Shown: one piece after another, positions 9,637 through 18,880 of the stretch
Layout of the letters: each line of letters starts with the position of its first letter
Position numbering within the stretch: the first letter of the stretch is position 1
Notes under the pieces: model-generated
What the model saw: the letters and a program-made list of their open reading frames with translations, nothing else
What the model was told of the DNA's origin: nothing
Database searches by the model: none
NCBI GenBank assembly: GCA_040772545.1
Contig: JAXGXY010000006.1
Location: 8,212 to 72,211 of the forward strand
Length of the DNA: 64,000 nt
Direction of reading: 5' to 3'
Source of the DNA: Christensenellales bacterium
GTDB taxonomy: Bacteria; Bacillota; Clostridia; Christensenellales; UBA1431
Program-made: the position numbers and the translations under genes

Positions 9637-10476
9637 TTATTTTGAGCGTACGATGGTGATGCCCCGGCGGTTGGCATAGTCCCCCGCCAGCTGGGTGACT
9701 ATGGCTTTTTTGCCGACGGAAACGGACCCGCCGGGAGGCGTGCCCATCAGATCGGCGAGCCCGACGATCCTTTTGCCCGCGACCGGGGAACTACGGGCCG
9801 AGGGTTGCGGCGGGCTAAGCCGCAACGTCGTCGCATCCTTTGCCGCGCCCAGGCTCCGCAGCCTTTCGGCAGCGGTCCGGCGGACCCGCCGCCCGAAATC
9901 CTCTGCGCTGGTGAGCACCACGCCGTATTCGCTCATGGCCGCGAGGTTCCGGGACAGTGCGGCGGCGTAGGGATGCGGGATCTTCCCCGCATATTTTTCC
10001 AGGCGCTGCATGCAAGCCGGACAGCATCCGTCCGTCGCCGCGATGACAAGCTTTCCCGCCAACAGCGACTTGGAGATGGCGTTGGGGACGACGGAATCAC
10101 AAATGCAATGCGCCACCTTCGCGGCCGTATTGACGGTGAGCGCGGGTATGAGGATAAGCTCGGCCTTTTCCCACGCTTCGCGGTCCGCCTGGTCCTCGAG
10201 GCAGACCTCTTCGCTGCTAAGGACCTCCTTCACCGCATCCACGCCGATGAGCCTCCCCGCGCTCTTTGACAGCACCGCGCGGATACTGAAGCCGTCGTTT
10301 TGCAGGCCGCGCAGGGCGTCCATCACAGGCTTAAGCCCCAACAGGGCGCCTGTGAAGAAGGCCGTGGCCGATATCGGGCGCGCGTTGTACCGGCGCAGCG
10401 TCTCCGCCGCCACTGCCCGCGCCATGACCTCGCGGACCGTCTCCTCGACGATGGCTCTGAGCTTTATTTCATCCAA
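9637..10476 (-). CDS. pduM: PduM-like microcompartment protein, enlarged (279 aa)
   Basis: The position between eutJ and pduN matches pduM in Firmicute pdu loci. The N-terminal helix (LRAIVEETVREVM) and C-terminal block (KKAIVTQLAGDYANRRGITIV) resemble Salmonella PduM (LQRIVEEIVSRL ... KCIVTAMARDAANARNIQLI), recalled from memory. The middle 150 aa or so are extra and Cys-containing (CCPAC). Confidence 0.55.
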   Translation of the reverse strand: MDEIKLRAIVEETVREVMARAVAAETLRRYNARPISATAFFTGALLGLKPVMDALRGLQNDGFSIRAVLSKSAGRLIGVDAVKEVLSSEEVCLEDQADREAWEKAELILIPALTVNTAAKVAHCICDSVVPNAISKSLLAGKLVIAATDGCCPACMQRLEKYAGKIPHPYAAALSRNLAAMSEYGVVLTSAEDFGRRVRRTAAERLRSLGAAKDATTLRLSPPQPSARSSPVAGKRIVGLADLMGTPPGGSVSVGKKAIVTQLAGDYANRRGITIVRSK

Positions 10477-10482
10477 ATTCCG

Positions 10483-11304
10483 TCACCCCCTGCAATTCAT
10501 CGCTATGCCCAGCGGCGTGACCAGCAATGGATGGACCGGCTTCGTCGTTTTGACGCCGATCTCCTGTTCGAATTCGGCCTCGAATCTCGTGAAGCAGCAG
10601 GCGCCCCCGACGACATATATCGTCTCCACGTCGTATCCCTCAATGAAGCGTTTCACGATCGAGGCCATCTTCTGGACGACCGGCCTGACCACAGGGAACA
10701 CGTCCCGTTCGTACCGGGACATTTTTTTCATGGCTTCGGCCGCCTCGAAGGAGATTTTGAGGGCGCCGGCCAGCACCAGGCTCATATGGGTGCCGCCGGT
10801 GGGTTCGTCCGCCGTGAGGACGACCCTGCCGTTGCGGATGATGGAGATGCCTGTCGTCCCGCCGCCCACATCCACCACGGCGCCGTCGGTAATCCCCAGC
10901 ACGGTGGCTGCTGCGGTCGGTTCGTCGACCACGTTGTCCACTTCGAAATCGGCAGACTCGACCACGTTGGAGATCACCTTGATGTTGCCTTCGGTGATGC
11001 CCGGCGGGATGGCGCAGGCGGCGCGATTCAGCACCCGCCCGACGATGCCCTCCACCTGCTCCTTGAGCCGTTCCACGATGCGCGTGGCCCCGATATAGTC
11101 CACGACCACGCCGTCCCTCACGACGGACGCTTCCTCCATAACGGCCGCCACCGGCACGTTGTTATTGTCCACCACGGTGATTACGATGCTGGCCGTGCCC
11201 AGATCCACACCCGTTTTGAGGCCGCCACCGCACCCGTTGCATCGCTTTTCGTTCAGGAGCGCGTGGCACGTTTCTATCGCTGCGTTGGCCGCCCAGATGT
11301 CCAC
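10483..11304 (-). CDS. eutJ: EutJ-like actin/Hsp70-fold protein
   Basis: GVDLGTASIV...DEPTAAA...VVDVGGGTTGISI are ASKHA phosphate and adenosine motifs. The 273-aa size matches EutJ. Confidence 0.85.
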   Translation of the reverse strand: MDIWAANAAIETCHALLNEKRCNGCGGGLKTGVDLGTASIVITVVDNNNVPVAAVMEEASVVRDGVVVDYIGATRIVERLKEQVEGIVGRVLNRAACAIPPGITEGNIKVISNVVESADFEVDNVVDEPTAAATVLGITDGAVVDVGGGTTGISIIRNGRVVLTADEPTGGTHMSLVLAGALKISFEAAEAMKKMSRYERDVFPVVRPVVQKMASIVKRFIEGYDVETIYVVGGACCFTRFEAEFEQEIGVKTTKPVHPLLVTPLGIAMNCRG

Positions 11305-11308
11305 GCCC

Positions 11309-11977
11309 TCACTCTCCCGGTTCGATTATTCTGGCCGTCGCGTCGTTTACCGCCCCCGCCGCGTTTGCCTCGTCGGTATCAAGGTGCATCTCCAGCGCGG
11401 ACGTTTCGGTTACGCGGATCGGGACGTTCCTGAATACCACCCTGCGTTGGTCGTTGCCCGCTTCCACATCCACGCGCTGCCCGTCGGCATACCCGTACCT
11501 TTGCGCTATCTGCGGCGTCATATGTATATGGCGCAGCGCGACGATGGCGCCTTCGTCCTCATGCACGCTTCCCTCTGGACCGACGAGGTCGAAGGCAACC
11601 GACCCTTCCAAATCCCCCGACATCCTTACCGGCGGCCTGAATCCGAGCTGGTAGCTGTCGGTTACGGACACCTCAAGCTGCGTTTTCTTTCGCTCCGGGC
11701 CCAGTATCCGCACCTTGTTTAGGGAACCTTTCGGGCCTTTTACCGTGAGCGTCTCCGCGCAGGCATACTGGCCGGGCTGCTTGAGCATCTTTACCGGCGT
11801 GAGTTGGTACCCTTTGCCGAAAAGCGCGTCGACGTCCTCTCTGGACAAATGGATATGCCTGTTGGAAACGCCGATGGGGATTTCCAGCGGTTGCAGGGCA
11901 CAAAGCCTTTGTACCACTTTTAATGCGATCGTTGCCATCATCTCTTTTGTGACGGTCGTTTCCATGGGCGCCTCCAT
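11309..11977 (-). CDS. pduL: Phosphate propanoyltransferase PduL
   Basis: The duplicated PduL motifs IPIGVSNRHIHLS and IVALRHIHM are present. The N-terminal amphipathic helix is KEMMATIALKVVQRL. Confidence 0.9.
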   Translation of the reverse strand: MEAPMETTVTKEMMATIALKVVQRLCALQPLEIPIGVSNRHIHLSREDVDALFGKGYQLTPVKMLKQPGQYACAETLTVKGPKGSLNKVRILGPERKKTQLEVSVTDSYQLGFRPPVRMSGDLEGSVAFDLVGPEGSVHEDEGAIVALRHIHMTPQIAQRYGYADGQRVDVEAGNDQRRVVFRNVPIRVTETSALEMHLDTDEANAAGAVNDATARIIEPGE

Positions 11978-12053
11978 AAATGCTTACTTTTCCTGGCCGT
12001 CCTGTTTCTCCCTTTGGCCCCCCTGGGGCAGAAGACCTGGGCGATACGCCGCC

Positions 12054-12851
12054 CTATTTCTTTTTCTTCTTCGGCGTCCGGGGCGGCTCGCCCTTATCGG
12101 AAGAATCCTTTTTGTCCCGGGGCTCCTTCGTTTCGGGGGCTTTCTCCGGCGGCTTCACCGGCTCCCTGGCGGGCGTGGCTTTCTGCTTCGCCGGTTCCTC
12201 CGGCGGCCTGGCTTCTTCCTTCTTCACCGGTTCCTCCGGCGGCCTGGCTTCTTCCTGCTTCACCGGCTCCTCCGGCGGCCTGGCTTCTTCCTGCTTCACC
12301 GGCTCCTCCGGCGGCCTGGCTTCTTCTTTCTTAACCGGTTCCTCCGGCGGCCTGGCTTCTTCTTTCTTAACCGGTTCCTCCGGCGGCTTGGCTTCTTCTT
12401 TCTTCACCGGCTCCTCCGGCGGCTTGGCTTCTTCCTGCTTCACCGGCTCCTCCGGCGGCCTGGCTTCTTCTTTCTTCACCGGTTCCTCCGGCGGCCTGGC
12501 TTCTTCCTGCTTCGCCGGTTTTGTAGACGGTTGTGTCTTCATGGCAGGTTTTACGGGCGAATGCCCTACGGTATCGGGAGTGCGCACGAGCTTCTCCAGC
12601 TCCTTGCTCGGGCGGGGGATTACATGGGCGGAAAAATAGTCCGTCAGCCTGCCCGCGGCGGTTCCGGCCGCCTGTATGGCGGCCTGGACGGCGCCCACAT
12701 CACCCTCCACCTTGATGGTGACCAGGCCGCCCATCTTTTTGACCTCGTAACCTACCAAAGATACATTGGCGGATTTCAAGGCCGCATCGGCAGCCTCTAT
12801 CCCCGCTGTGAGCCCTTTTGTCTCTATCAGTCCCAGGGATCTATTGGACAT
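12054..12851 (-). CDS. pduK: BMC-H shell protein with long repetitive C-terminal tail (PduK-like)
   Basis: ATG 12851 follows GGAGGAGGAA. The N-terminal 90 aa form a canonical BMC domain (LGLIETKGLTAGIEAADAALKSANV...). The gene sits between pduH and pduL as pduK does. The C-terminal 170 aa or so are a Pro/Glu/Lys repeat tail ending in KKKKK. Confidence 0.7.
   Translation of the reverse strand: MSNRSLGLIETKGLTAGIEAADAALKSANVSLVGYEVKKMGGLVTIKVEGDVGAVQAAIQAAGTAAGRLTDYFSAHVIPRPSKELEKLVRTPDTVGHSPVKPAMKTQPSTKPAKQEEARPPEEPVKKEEARPPEEPVKQEEAKPPEEPVKKEEAKPPEEPVKKEEARPPEEPVKKEEARPPEEPVKQEEARPPEEPVKQEEARPPEEPVKKEEARPPEEPAKQKATPAREPVKPPEKAPETKEPRDKKDSSDKGEPPRTPKKKKK
12191..12514 (-). repeat. Nine head-to-tail copies of a 36-bp coding repeat
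   Basis: The period is 36 bp (the CCGG of the unit recurs at 12191, 12227 ... 12479). It encodes EEA(R/K)PPEEPVK(K/Q) nine times inside the pduK-like gene. Confidence 0.95.
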
Positions 12852-13233
12852 CGGATTCCTCCTCCTTCCGGCGGTTAATCGTATTGAACGGCATCCGTTT
12901 GACGAGCCGGGCTGCATTGATGCCCATGTTGCGCATGTCTCGCCTGTCTACCTCGGGATCGATGATATACAGGGGCATATCACGCGGCAGCTTGTCGTAA
13001 TGGAGTGCCACTTCGTCCACATTGACGCCCAGCCCGACAGACAGGCTCGAACCGACGGCGGCCTCGAAGCTCAGGTCCCTTATGTCCGTAAGGTCGCTCG
13101 GAACGAGCTCGAAGGGCACGCCTTCCTCCTCGATGCCGTAGAGCATATCGAGATAGCCTGCCTCAGGGCCGGTATTGTGGGCAACATATATCCTGATTGC
13201 CGGGGGTCTTGCGTTGTTGCTGCTTTCCGGCAT
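12841..13233 (-). CDS. pduH: Diol dehydratase reactivase small subunit PduH
   Basis: The gene follows pduG. The product (IRIYV....LYGIEEEGVPF...LSVGLGV) resembles DdrB/PduH. Its stop overlaps the pduK-like start by 11 nt. Confidence 0.8.
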   Translation of the reverse strand: MPESSNNARPPAIRIYVAHNTGPEAGYLDMLYGIEEEGVPFELVPSDLTDIRDLSFEAAVGSSLSVGLGVNVDEVALHYDKLPRDMPLYIIDPEVDRRDMRNMGINAARLVKRMPFNTINRRKEEESDVQ

Positions 13234-13242
13234 AAGGCTGAA

Positions 13243-15051
13243 TCACTCCTCCAGTGAAAGGATGAGTCCGGTGGCTACCGCGTTGCGCGGGCCCTCCACA
13301 CCGCGTATGTTGGCGCGCCCGGCAACGATGCTGTAGCCTGAGAGCGCCTCTGTCACCATCTGCGGGATCTCGAAATCCAGGGCCGAGCCGCCCACCAGCA
13401 CCACGAAGCCCACGTCCCGCACGTTCCCGGTGGGGCTGACCCTCGACAGGGCGCGAAGGGCGTTGGTGACAAACACCTTTTCCTTGGCGCTGCGTCTTAT
13501 GTTCCTGATTTTTTCCAGCGTAAGTTTGCTGTCGATCGGTTCCATCCCGCCCTCTTTGAGAATGACGACGCGTGCAAACGTCCTCGGGTCCAGCGGCCGC
13601 TCGAAAAACTGCACCGTACCGTCCTCGTGGCGGATATGGAAAAGGCTCTCCACCTTGGCGAGCGGATACTGCTTGATGTCTTCCGCCAGCGCGTCGTCCT
13701 CCAGGCCCATCTCCGATTTGATAAGCATCGTCACCATGTTCCCGGCGCCGCCAAGATGGATGGATACGATGTCCCCTGTGCCGTTGATGATCGAGGCGTC
13801 GGTGGAGCCCGCGCCCATGTCGATGATGGCCAGCGGTTTGGCCGTGCCGGGAGTGGTCAGGGCCCCGCGTATGGCCATGTCGGCTTCCACACCGCCTACC
13901 TCGACCTGTACCCCGAGTTTCTCGGCGAGTTCCCGGGCGATGTTCTCCATCTGTAACCGGTCGGCCTTGACCATCGCGGCGATGCCCACCGCGTTTTCCA
14001 GCGAGAATTCGTCGGCGACGCTGCCCCGTACACTCCTCGGGACAAACGTATCGACGGCCAGTATGTCCTGTATCCTGATGCTGGACGGATGCTGTTTTGT
14101 CAGCTGGCTCATCACCTGGCGCACGCGCTCGAGCATCCCTCCCGCGTTGGTGCCGGCCTCGCCCCTGACATCCTCGAGAGGCAGCGCCTTCGACTGCGCC
14201 TCCATGATTTTCTCGGCGCCCTCGTCCACGTTCACGCTCGCCGAAGCCTTGCCGGTAAAAATGATCTTCCCGGCGGGGATGCGCCGCTCCTTCACGTCGC
14301 CCTGCGGCGTCTTGATGACGACGGCGGACCGGTTCCCTATCAGCGCCCGGGCGATCGGCACGACCTGGCGCGTTTCATCGGCATCCAGGCCGAACAACGT
14401 AGCGATGCCGAAGGGGTTGGAGAGCACCTCCACCACACCCCCCGGCTGCGCGACCTCTATCGCGGCCTTCATCCCCAGAGGCACCTTGTCGATCAGCAGG
14501 ACTTCGTCCACAATCGGGATTTTTTTCTTCAGGCGGTTGTTGATGAGCACCCCGTCATCGCTCTGCGCGATGACGCCAACAATATTGTATTGGTCCAGGC
14601 AAGCGTTTATCATCGCTGCCGCTTTTTCGAAATGGATCGATTTGGGAACGACGGCGATAAGGTCGTTCTCCGTCGGTTCCTGCCGTACGTTTTCCAACGG
14701 TACCGTCTTTCCGATGCCGACGCCGATCCCTCCCGGCGTGGAAGGGTTGTGCCCGATCATGGTCGATTCGGTGATGATGGTCTCGGTGATGGTCTCCATG
14801 GCCACATCCCCGATGACCGGCGCCGCTTCGTTTACCCGTATCAGGCTCAGATCCGACACCTTCACAGCGGCTTTTTTCAGCGCGTCCGAGAGGGCCTGGA
14901 ATACGCCGTGTATGTTCTGGGTAGTCCCCTTTATCCCCGTCGTCGGGACGATCGCGCTGGCGATGAACTCCATCCCCCCATCGTCGTGAATCTTTGCTAT
15001 GGCTACCTCCGTAGTGGCATTCCCGATGTCTACGCCCGCTACGATCTTCAT
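13243..15051 (-). CDS. pduG: Diol dehydratase reactivase large subunit PduG
   Basis: The product starts MKIVAGVDIGNATTEVAIA (DdrA/PduG N-terminus) and is 602 aa. ATG is at 15051; the ORF-track start at 15156 adds an Ala/Gly-rich extension that is unlikely to be real. Confidence 0.9.
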   Translation of the reverse strand: MKIVAGVDIGNATTEVAIAKIHDDGGMEFIASAIVPTTGIKGTTQNIHGVFQALSDALKKAAVKVSDLSLIRVNEAAPVIGDVAMETITETIITESTMIGHNPSTPGGIGVGIGKTVPLENVRQEPTENDLIAVVPKSIHFEKAAAMINACLDQYNIVGVIAQSDDGVLINNRLKKKIPIVDEVLLIDKVPLGMKAAIEVAQPGGVVEVLSNPFGIATLFGLDADETRQVVPIARALIGNRSAVVIKTPQGDVKERRIPAGKIIFTGKASASVNVDEGAEKIMEAQSKALPLEDVRGEAGTNAGGMLERVRQVMSQLTKQHPSSIRIQDILAVDTFVPRSVRGSVADEFSLENAVGIAAMVKADRLQMENIARELAEKLGVQVEVGGVEADMAIRGALTTPGTAKPLAIIDMGAGSTDASIINGTGDIVSIHLGGAGNMVTMLIKSEMGLEDDALAEDIKQYPLAKVESLFHIRHEDGTVQFFERPLDPRTFARVVILKEGGMEPIDSKLTLEKIRNIRRSAKEKVFVTNALRALSRVSPTGNVRDVGFVVLVGGSALDFEIPQMVTEALSGYSIVAGRANIRGVEGPRNAVATGLILSLEE

Positions 15052-15166
15052 TGAAGCACCTCCACAAACGGCTGCTGAATGGTGTGCGCCTGTCATACCC
15101 GGCGCACCCGGTGTCGCCGGCGCCGCCCCGCCTCCGTCAGTAAGCGGGGCGGCCACCGGGAGAATG

Positions 15167-15658
15167 TCAGTCCCTCTTCAAACGTCCGCGCGCCGCGTAT
15201 ACGTCGGCGGCTTCACGCACGAAACCGGCGCATTTGTCTGCGCCGTAACCCTTGAGTTCGTCGGCGATGGCGTAGAGTTCCTCCTTGCTGGAACGGTAGG
15301 GGCGCAGCGCGTTATAGATCTCGAGCAGGCGCTCGTCGGGGACCGCGATCAGTTCCGCCGCACGCCGCATATTTTCAGCCAGCGCGTCGCGCTTTACGGA
15401 CTCGGCGACCTGTGCCTGCATTTCCAGCGTCTGGGGAGATATGCGCACATCCTCGGCAGTCACCTCGCCTTTGATGACCTTGTCGAGCGTCAGCTCGTTC
15501 AGGTTCTTACCGGTGGGGGTGAAGACCTTTTCGGGAATCTTTTCACCCAGAGGATACTGCGCCTGGGTTACGCCGCCATCCGTGGGCGCCGCAGCCTTGC
15601 CCATAGAGGCCATGACCTCCTTGACGACAGCCTGTATCATTTGCTCCTGATTCATCAT
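15167..15658 (-). CDS. pduE: Diol dehydratase small (gamma) subunit PduE
   Basis: Size, operon position and the C-terminal core (TLEMQAQVAE...RRAAELI.VPDERLLEIYNALRP) fit PduE. An N-terminal amphipathic helix (QMIQAVVKEVMASM) is present. Confidence 0.9.
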   Translation of the reverse strand: MMNQEQMIQAVVKEVMASMGKAAAPTDGGVTQAQYPLGEKIPEKVFTPTGKNLNELTLDKVIKGEVTAEDVRISPQTLEMQAQVAESVKRDALAENMRRAAELIAVPDERLLEIYNALRPYRSSKEELYAIADELKGYGADKCAGFVREAADVYAARGRLKRD

Positions 15659-15670
15659 TACACCTCCACG

Positions 15671-16324
15671 TTACTTGAAAATGACCTTGAGTTCCTCGGG
15701 CTTTCTGTTCGGATCGCAGTGCTCGGTCTCCTTGATATGCAGCAAAGCGGCAAAAGCCTGATACTTCGGGCGAGCCATCTGGTCGTTTCTCACGGGAACC
15801 GGAGAAGGAGACTCGCCTTTTGCGTACTTGGCGGCATTCTTGCCAATCGCCCGGAATGTCTCGTCGTCGAGCAGAGGAGACTGCGGGAAGAGCTCAAGGT
15901 TGGATAGCGGCGCCAGGTCCTTCTGATGGATCACCGTGGTCCCCTTGGACTGGATGCCGACGCCAATGCCTGAACCTGACAGCTTCGCAGCCGCATGCGC
16001 CACGAAGGCGACATCGCTCGTGTGGTACACGCGGATGAAGCGGAAGGACACGCCCTCTTCCTCTATCCCGGCGATGACTTCCTTCAGCACGTTGTAGTGG
16101 GGCAGCCCGATGATGGTCTTCGTTTGGGAATCGCCAAATGCAGGAGCTAATCCGATGACGACCTCGTCCGGACGGGTGCCTTTTTTCGCCTCGCCCTGGC
16201 CCGCGATCTCAAAGCCCTTGACTTCGCCCCTGGGAGCGGCCGATACGGCGGTAGCGGCGGAAGCATCGTATTCCTGCAACACCGCCTCTATGATGCTTCT
16301 CAATGCTTTCTCATCAATATTCAT
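15671..16324 (-). CDS. pduD: Diol dehydratase medium (beta) subunit PduD
   Basis: The 217-aa product has the N-terminal helix [15 protein letters not shown] (PduD-type encapsulation peptide) and a beta-subunit core ([10 protein letters not shown]...IAGIEEEGV). Confidence 0.9.
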   Translation of the reverse strand: MNIDEKALRSIIEAVLQEYDASAATAVSAAPRGEVKGFEIAGQGEAKKGTRPDEVVIGLAPAFGDSQTKTIIGLPHYNVLKEVIAGIEEEGVSFRFIRVYHTSDVAFVAHAAAKLSGSGIGVGIQSKGTTVIHQKDLAPLSNLELFPQSPLLDDETFRAIGKNAAKYAKGESPSPVPVRNDQMARPKYQAFAALLHIKETEHCDPNRKPEELKVIFK

Positions 16325-16335
16325 CGAAATACCTC

Positions 16336-18000
16336 CTACTTTATACTGTCAGGATCGACGGCCTTGGGGATATTCTTGATCTCCTCCCAACGCGCGTCGC
16401 TGATGACATAGCCCGTCATCGGCCCGGTATAAGCGTTCGGACAATTGACAGCGCTTAACACGTTGAAATCTTTGTCCAGTATGGCCGAGGTATGGAGGTA
16501 GTCGCCTGTGACGTGCTGCAAAGTGATTTTGAACAAGCTATCGGCAACATCCTCGAAGCCCGCCCTGTAGAGCGCCTTTACCATGTCGATGCCGGTTATT
16601 TTGCGCTCCAGCAGGCCCTGCGCGGCCTTGAGGTCTTCCACGACGGTGCGGTCGGGCATATCCTTGCTGCCGTGGGCATACGTCGCGGCCTCCACTTCCT
16701 CGTCGGTGATTTCGGGCAGCCCGAGTTCCTTGAAAAGCGCCTGCATAACGCGTGCCGCCCTGTTGCGTGCGGCGACAACCTCTTCCTCGGATACGGGTTT
16801 CAGTCCGCCGTCGATCTTGAGGTCGCGCTGGATGACGTTCCAGTCGTCATAGTCCTCGGCATCCCAGTTGGACCCCGCGAACATGTTGTCGTAGTTGGGT
16901 ACCGCCGAATAGCCGGAACACAGGAAGTCGGTTCCGGGCACGAACTGCATGAGCGAGCGCGCGACCCTCCTCAGGTCGGAGTGCGTGAACGTCTGGTCGT
17001 TGGAGGACGCGACCTCCATGTCGAGCATGGCGCCGATGACGTTCTCCGCAAGGATGGCGCGTATGCCCGAGGGGAACGCCGCAGGAACGCCGACGCAGCT
17101 CACGGAGCCGTTCTGCGTGCCCTGCACGCCCGCGCCCTTGGTCACGTACTGGCAGCGCGCCTCGAGATAGAGCATGGACTTGCCCTCGGCGTAACCCATC
17201 TGCACCTCGGAGCCCGTCCCGGAGGTAAACCTCATCTTCAGGCCGCGCGAAGCGTAGCAGGATGCGAGGAACGACTTGGACCAGGGCGTATCGTCGCCGT
17301 CGATGAACACGGGCTCGGTCCCGTATACGGACACCGTCTCGGCGTAGGCCGTAAAGCCGCGCATGCCCAGCAGGAGCTCGGTGGCTTCCTCCACGGCGCA
17401 CTGCGTGAGTATCCCCGGCCGGCCGACCTGCGCGCCGACCATGAGGGCCATGGCGTTGAAGGGCGCATAGCGCACGATGCCCACGGTGGTCTCCAGTTCG
17501 TCGAAACCGCGCAGCGCGGCTTCGGCGGCATCCGCCGCAATCTGAACAGGCTGGTCCTTCACGTTTGTAACATGGGCCTGGTTGGACGGGAACAGCCGCG
17601 GCCGCATCTTGGTCAGCGCCATCATCATTTCCAGCACGTTCATCTTATTAAGGATGTCCGTGACCTTCGCAGGAGTCATGGCCGTGGTATACTTCACGAT
17701 TTCGTCGCGCGGCACGTTGATGTCGCACAGCATCCGCGCAAACTCCAGCGAATCGATAGCCATAGCCTCCTCGGCATAATCCAGGTTGATCGCATGATCG
17801 GCAATGAAAGTGTCGAGCATGTCGAAATCGGCCCTCTTCTTGCCGTCGAGCTCGGTGACCCTTCCATTCTCGATTTTTATGCTCGGCTTGGGATCGAAGG
17901 GGCTGTTCATGGTGATCAGCCCGACCTCCGGCCACTCCTGTACGTAACCGTCCTGGTTGACAGGCCTTTGCGCCAGAACTTCAAAGCGCTTGGATTTCAT
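16336..18000 (-). CDS. pduC: B12-dependent diol dehydratase large (alpha) subunit PduC
   Basis: The product is 554 aa and starts [20 protein letters not shown]..., the hallmark N-terminus of PduC/PddA. Confidence 0.95.
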   Translation of the reverse strand: MKSKRFEVLAQRPVNQDGYVQEWPEVGLITMNSPFDPKPSIKIENGRVTELDGKKRADFDMLDTFIADHAINLDYAEEAMAIDSLEFARMLCDINVPRDEIVKYTTAMTPAKVTDILNKMNVLEMMMALTKMRPRLFPSNQAHVTNVKDQPVQIAADAAEAALRGFDELETTVGIVRYAPFNAMALMVGAQVGRPGILTQCAVEEATELLLGMRGFTAYAETVSVYGTEPVFIDGDDTPWSKSFLASCYASRGLKMRFTSGTGSEVQMGYAEGKSMLYLEARCQYVTKGAGVQGTQNGSVSCVGVPAAFPSGIRAILAENVIGAMLDMEVASSNDQTFTHSDLRRVARSLMQFVPGTDFLCSGYSAVPNYDNMFAGSNWDAEDYDDWNVIQRDLKIDGGLKPVSEEEVVAARNRAARVMQALFKELGLPEITDEEVEAATYAHGSKDMPDRTVVEDLKAAQGLLERKITGIDMVKALYRAGFEDVADSLFKITLQHVTGDYLHTSAILDKDFNVLSAVNCPNAYTGPMTGYVISDARWEEIKNIPKAVDPDSIK

Positions 18001-18039
18001 GATTTCACTTCACCTTCCTACCTTGTGTTTTCCCTAACT

Positions 18040-18825
18040 TTAGATATAGGGTGTGGTCGATGACTTAAGCTCTTCGCCTGTCATGGGCCCAAGCAGTTTC
18101 TTGCCGACTTCGCGCGCGGCAATGATCGCCTGGCGCACGGCGCCGGAATCGCCGGACACAAAAACAATGACCTCGTTGGAGAAGCTCGTCCCGCCTGCCG
18201 GCGAGGCATATCCAACAAGGTCCACATTGGCTGCCTTGAGCGCCGTATCGGCCATGACCACGCCGATCGCGGCCGGAGCGCCCACACTGATGCCGAAGGC
18301 CTTTCCGAGGGGAGCGTTGAAAGCCTTGTTGAGGGCGTAGCTCGCGCGGGCCGTGTACTGGAGTTCGAGGTGCCCCGCGGCGGACCCGTACACATCGCCG
18401 AAAGTACGCGTGATTTCTTTGAGCGTCACTTCGACGGCGCGCTTCGCGTCCGATACGTCCTCGGCGCCGAAGATGATCAAGCTACCGTGCCCGGCGCCGC
18501 CTTCCGTGTCGCGTGGGAGTTCGATCTTGAGTATCTCGGTGTTGGTGGCCTTGACCGCTTCGTCGGCCGCAAAAATGTGCGGCCCTGCGCCGGTCCGGGC
18601 CCCGACGATGCCGATCGACTTGTACTTCGCGTCGATCCCCATCGCTTCGTGGAGATGGGCATCGACATTTGCGATGACCAGGCCGATGGTCCTGCCGATG
18701 GGATTGATCCCCACGAATTCCGTCAGGTTGCAGTTGCCGACCGTCGCGGCTGCTGCGGGAGCAGTGGCATCGCCGACTTTCTTCATGACTTCGTCCATGA
18801 TCTGGGTAATCAATTCTTCTTTCAT
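18040..18825 (-). CDS. pduB: Tandem-BMC shell protein PduB
   Basis: The 261-aa product has two permuted BMC domains (TEFVG..IGLVIANVD...; GAPAAIGVVMADTALKAANV...). It sits between pduA and pduC. Confidence 0.9.
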   Translation of the reverse strand: MKEELITQIMDEVMKKVGDATAPAAAATVGNCNLTEFVGINPIGRTIGLVIANVDAHLHEAMGIDAKYKSIGIVGARTGAGPHIFAADEAVKATNTEILKIELPRDTEGGAGHGSLIIFGAEDVSDAKRAVEVTLKEITRTFGDVYGSAAGHLELQYTARASYALNKAFNAPLGKAFGISVGAPAAIGVVMADTALKAANVDLVGYASPAGGTSFSNEVIVFVSGDSGAVRQAIIAAREVGKKLLGPMTGEELKSSTTPYI

Positions 18826-18880
18826 AACGATTCCTCCGTTACAGATTTTGGTTTATCCGGCCATCCGTTGCCCGGCCGGG

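Noticed and set aside
12191-12514. A regular 36-bp repeat array, considered as a possible CRISPR.
   Set aside because: The units are contiguous with no spacers, lie inside an ORF, and translate to an in-frame peptide repeat. This is not a CRISPR array.
11715-12878. A 387-aa plus-strand ORF with a repeated FLRRPGFF(L/F)LHR motif (also 11980..12639).
   Set aside because: It is the mirror image of the 36-bp coding repeat in the pduK-like gene. It has no RBS or start context, and the minus-strand frame carries a bona fide BMC domain.
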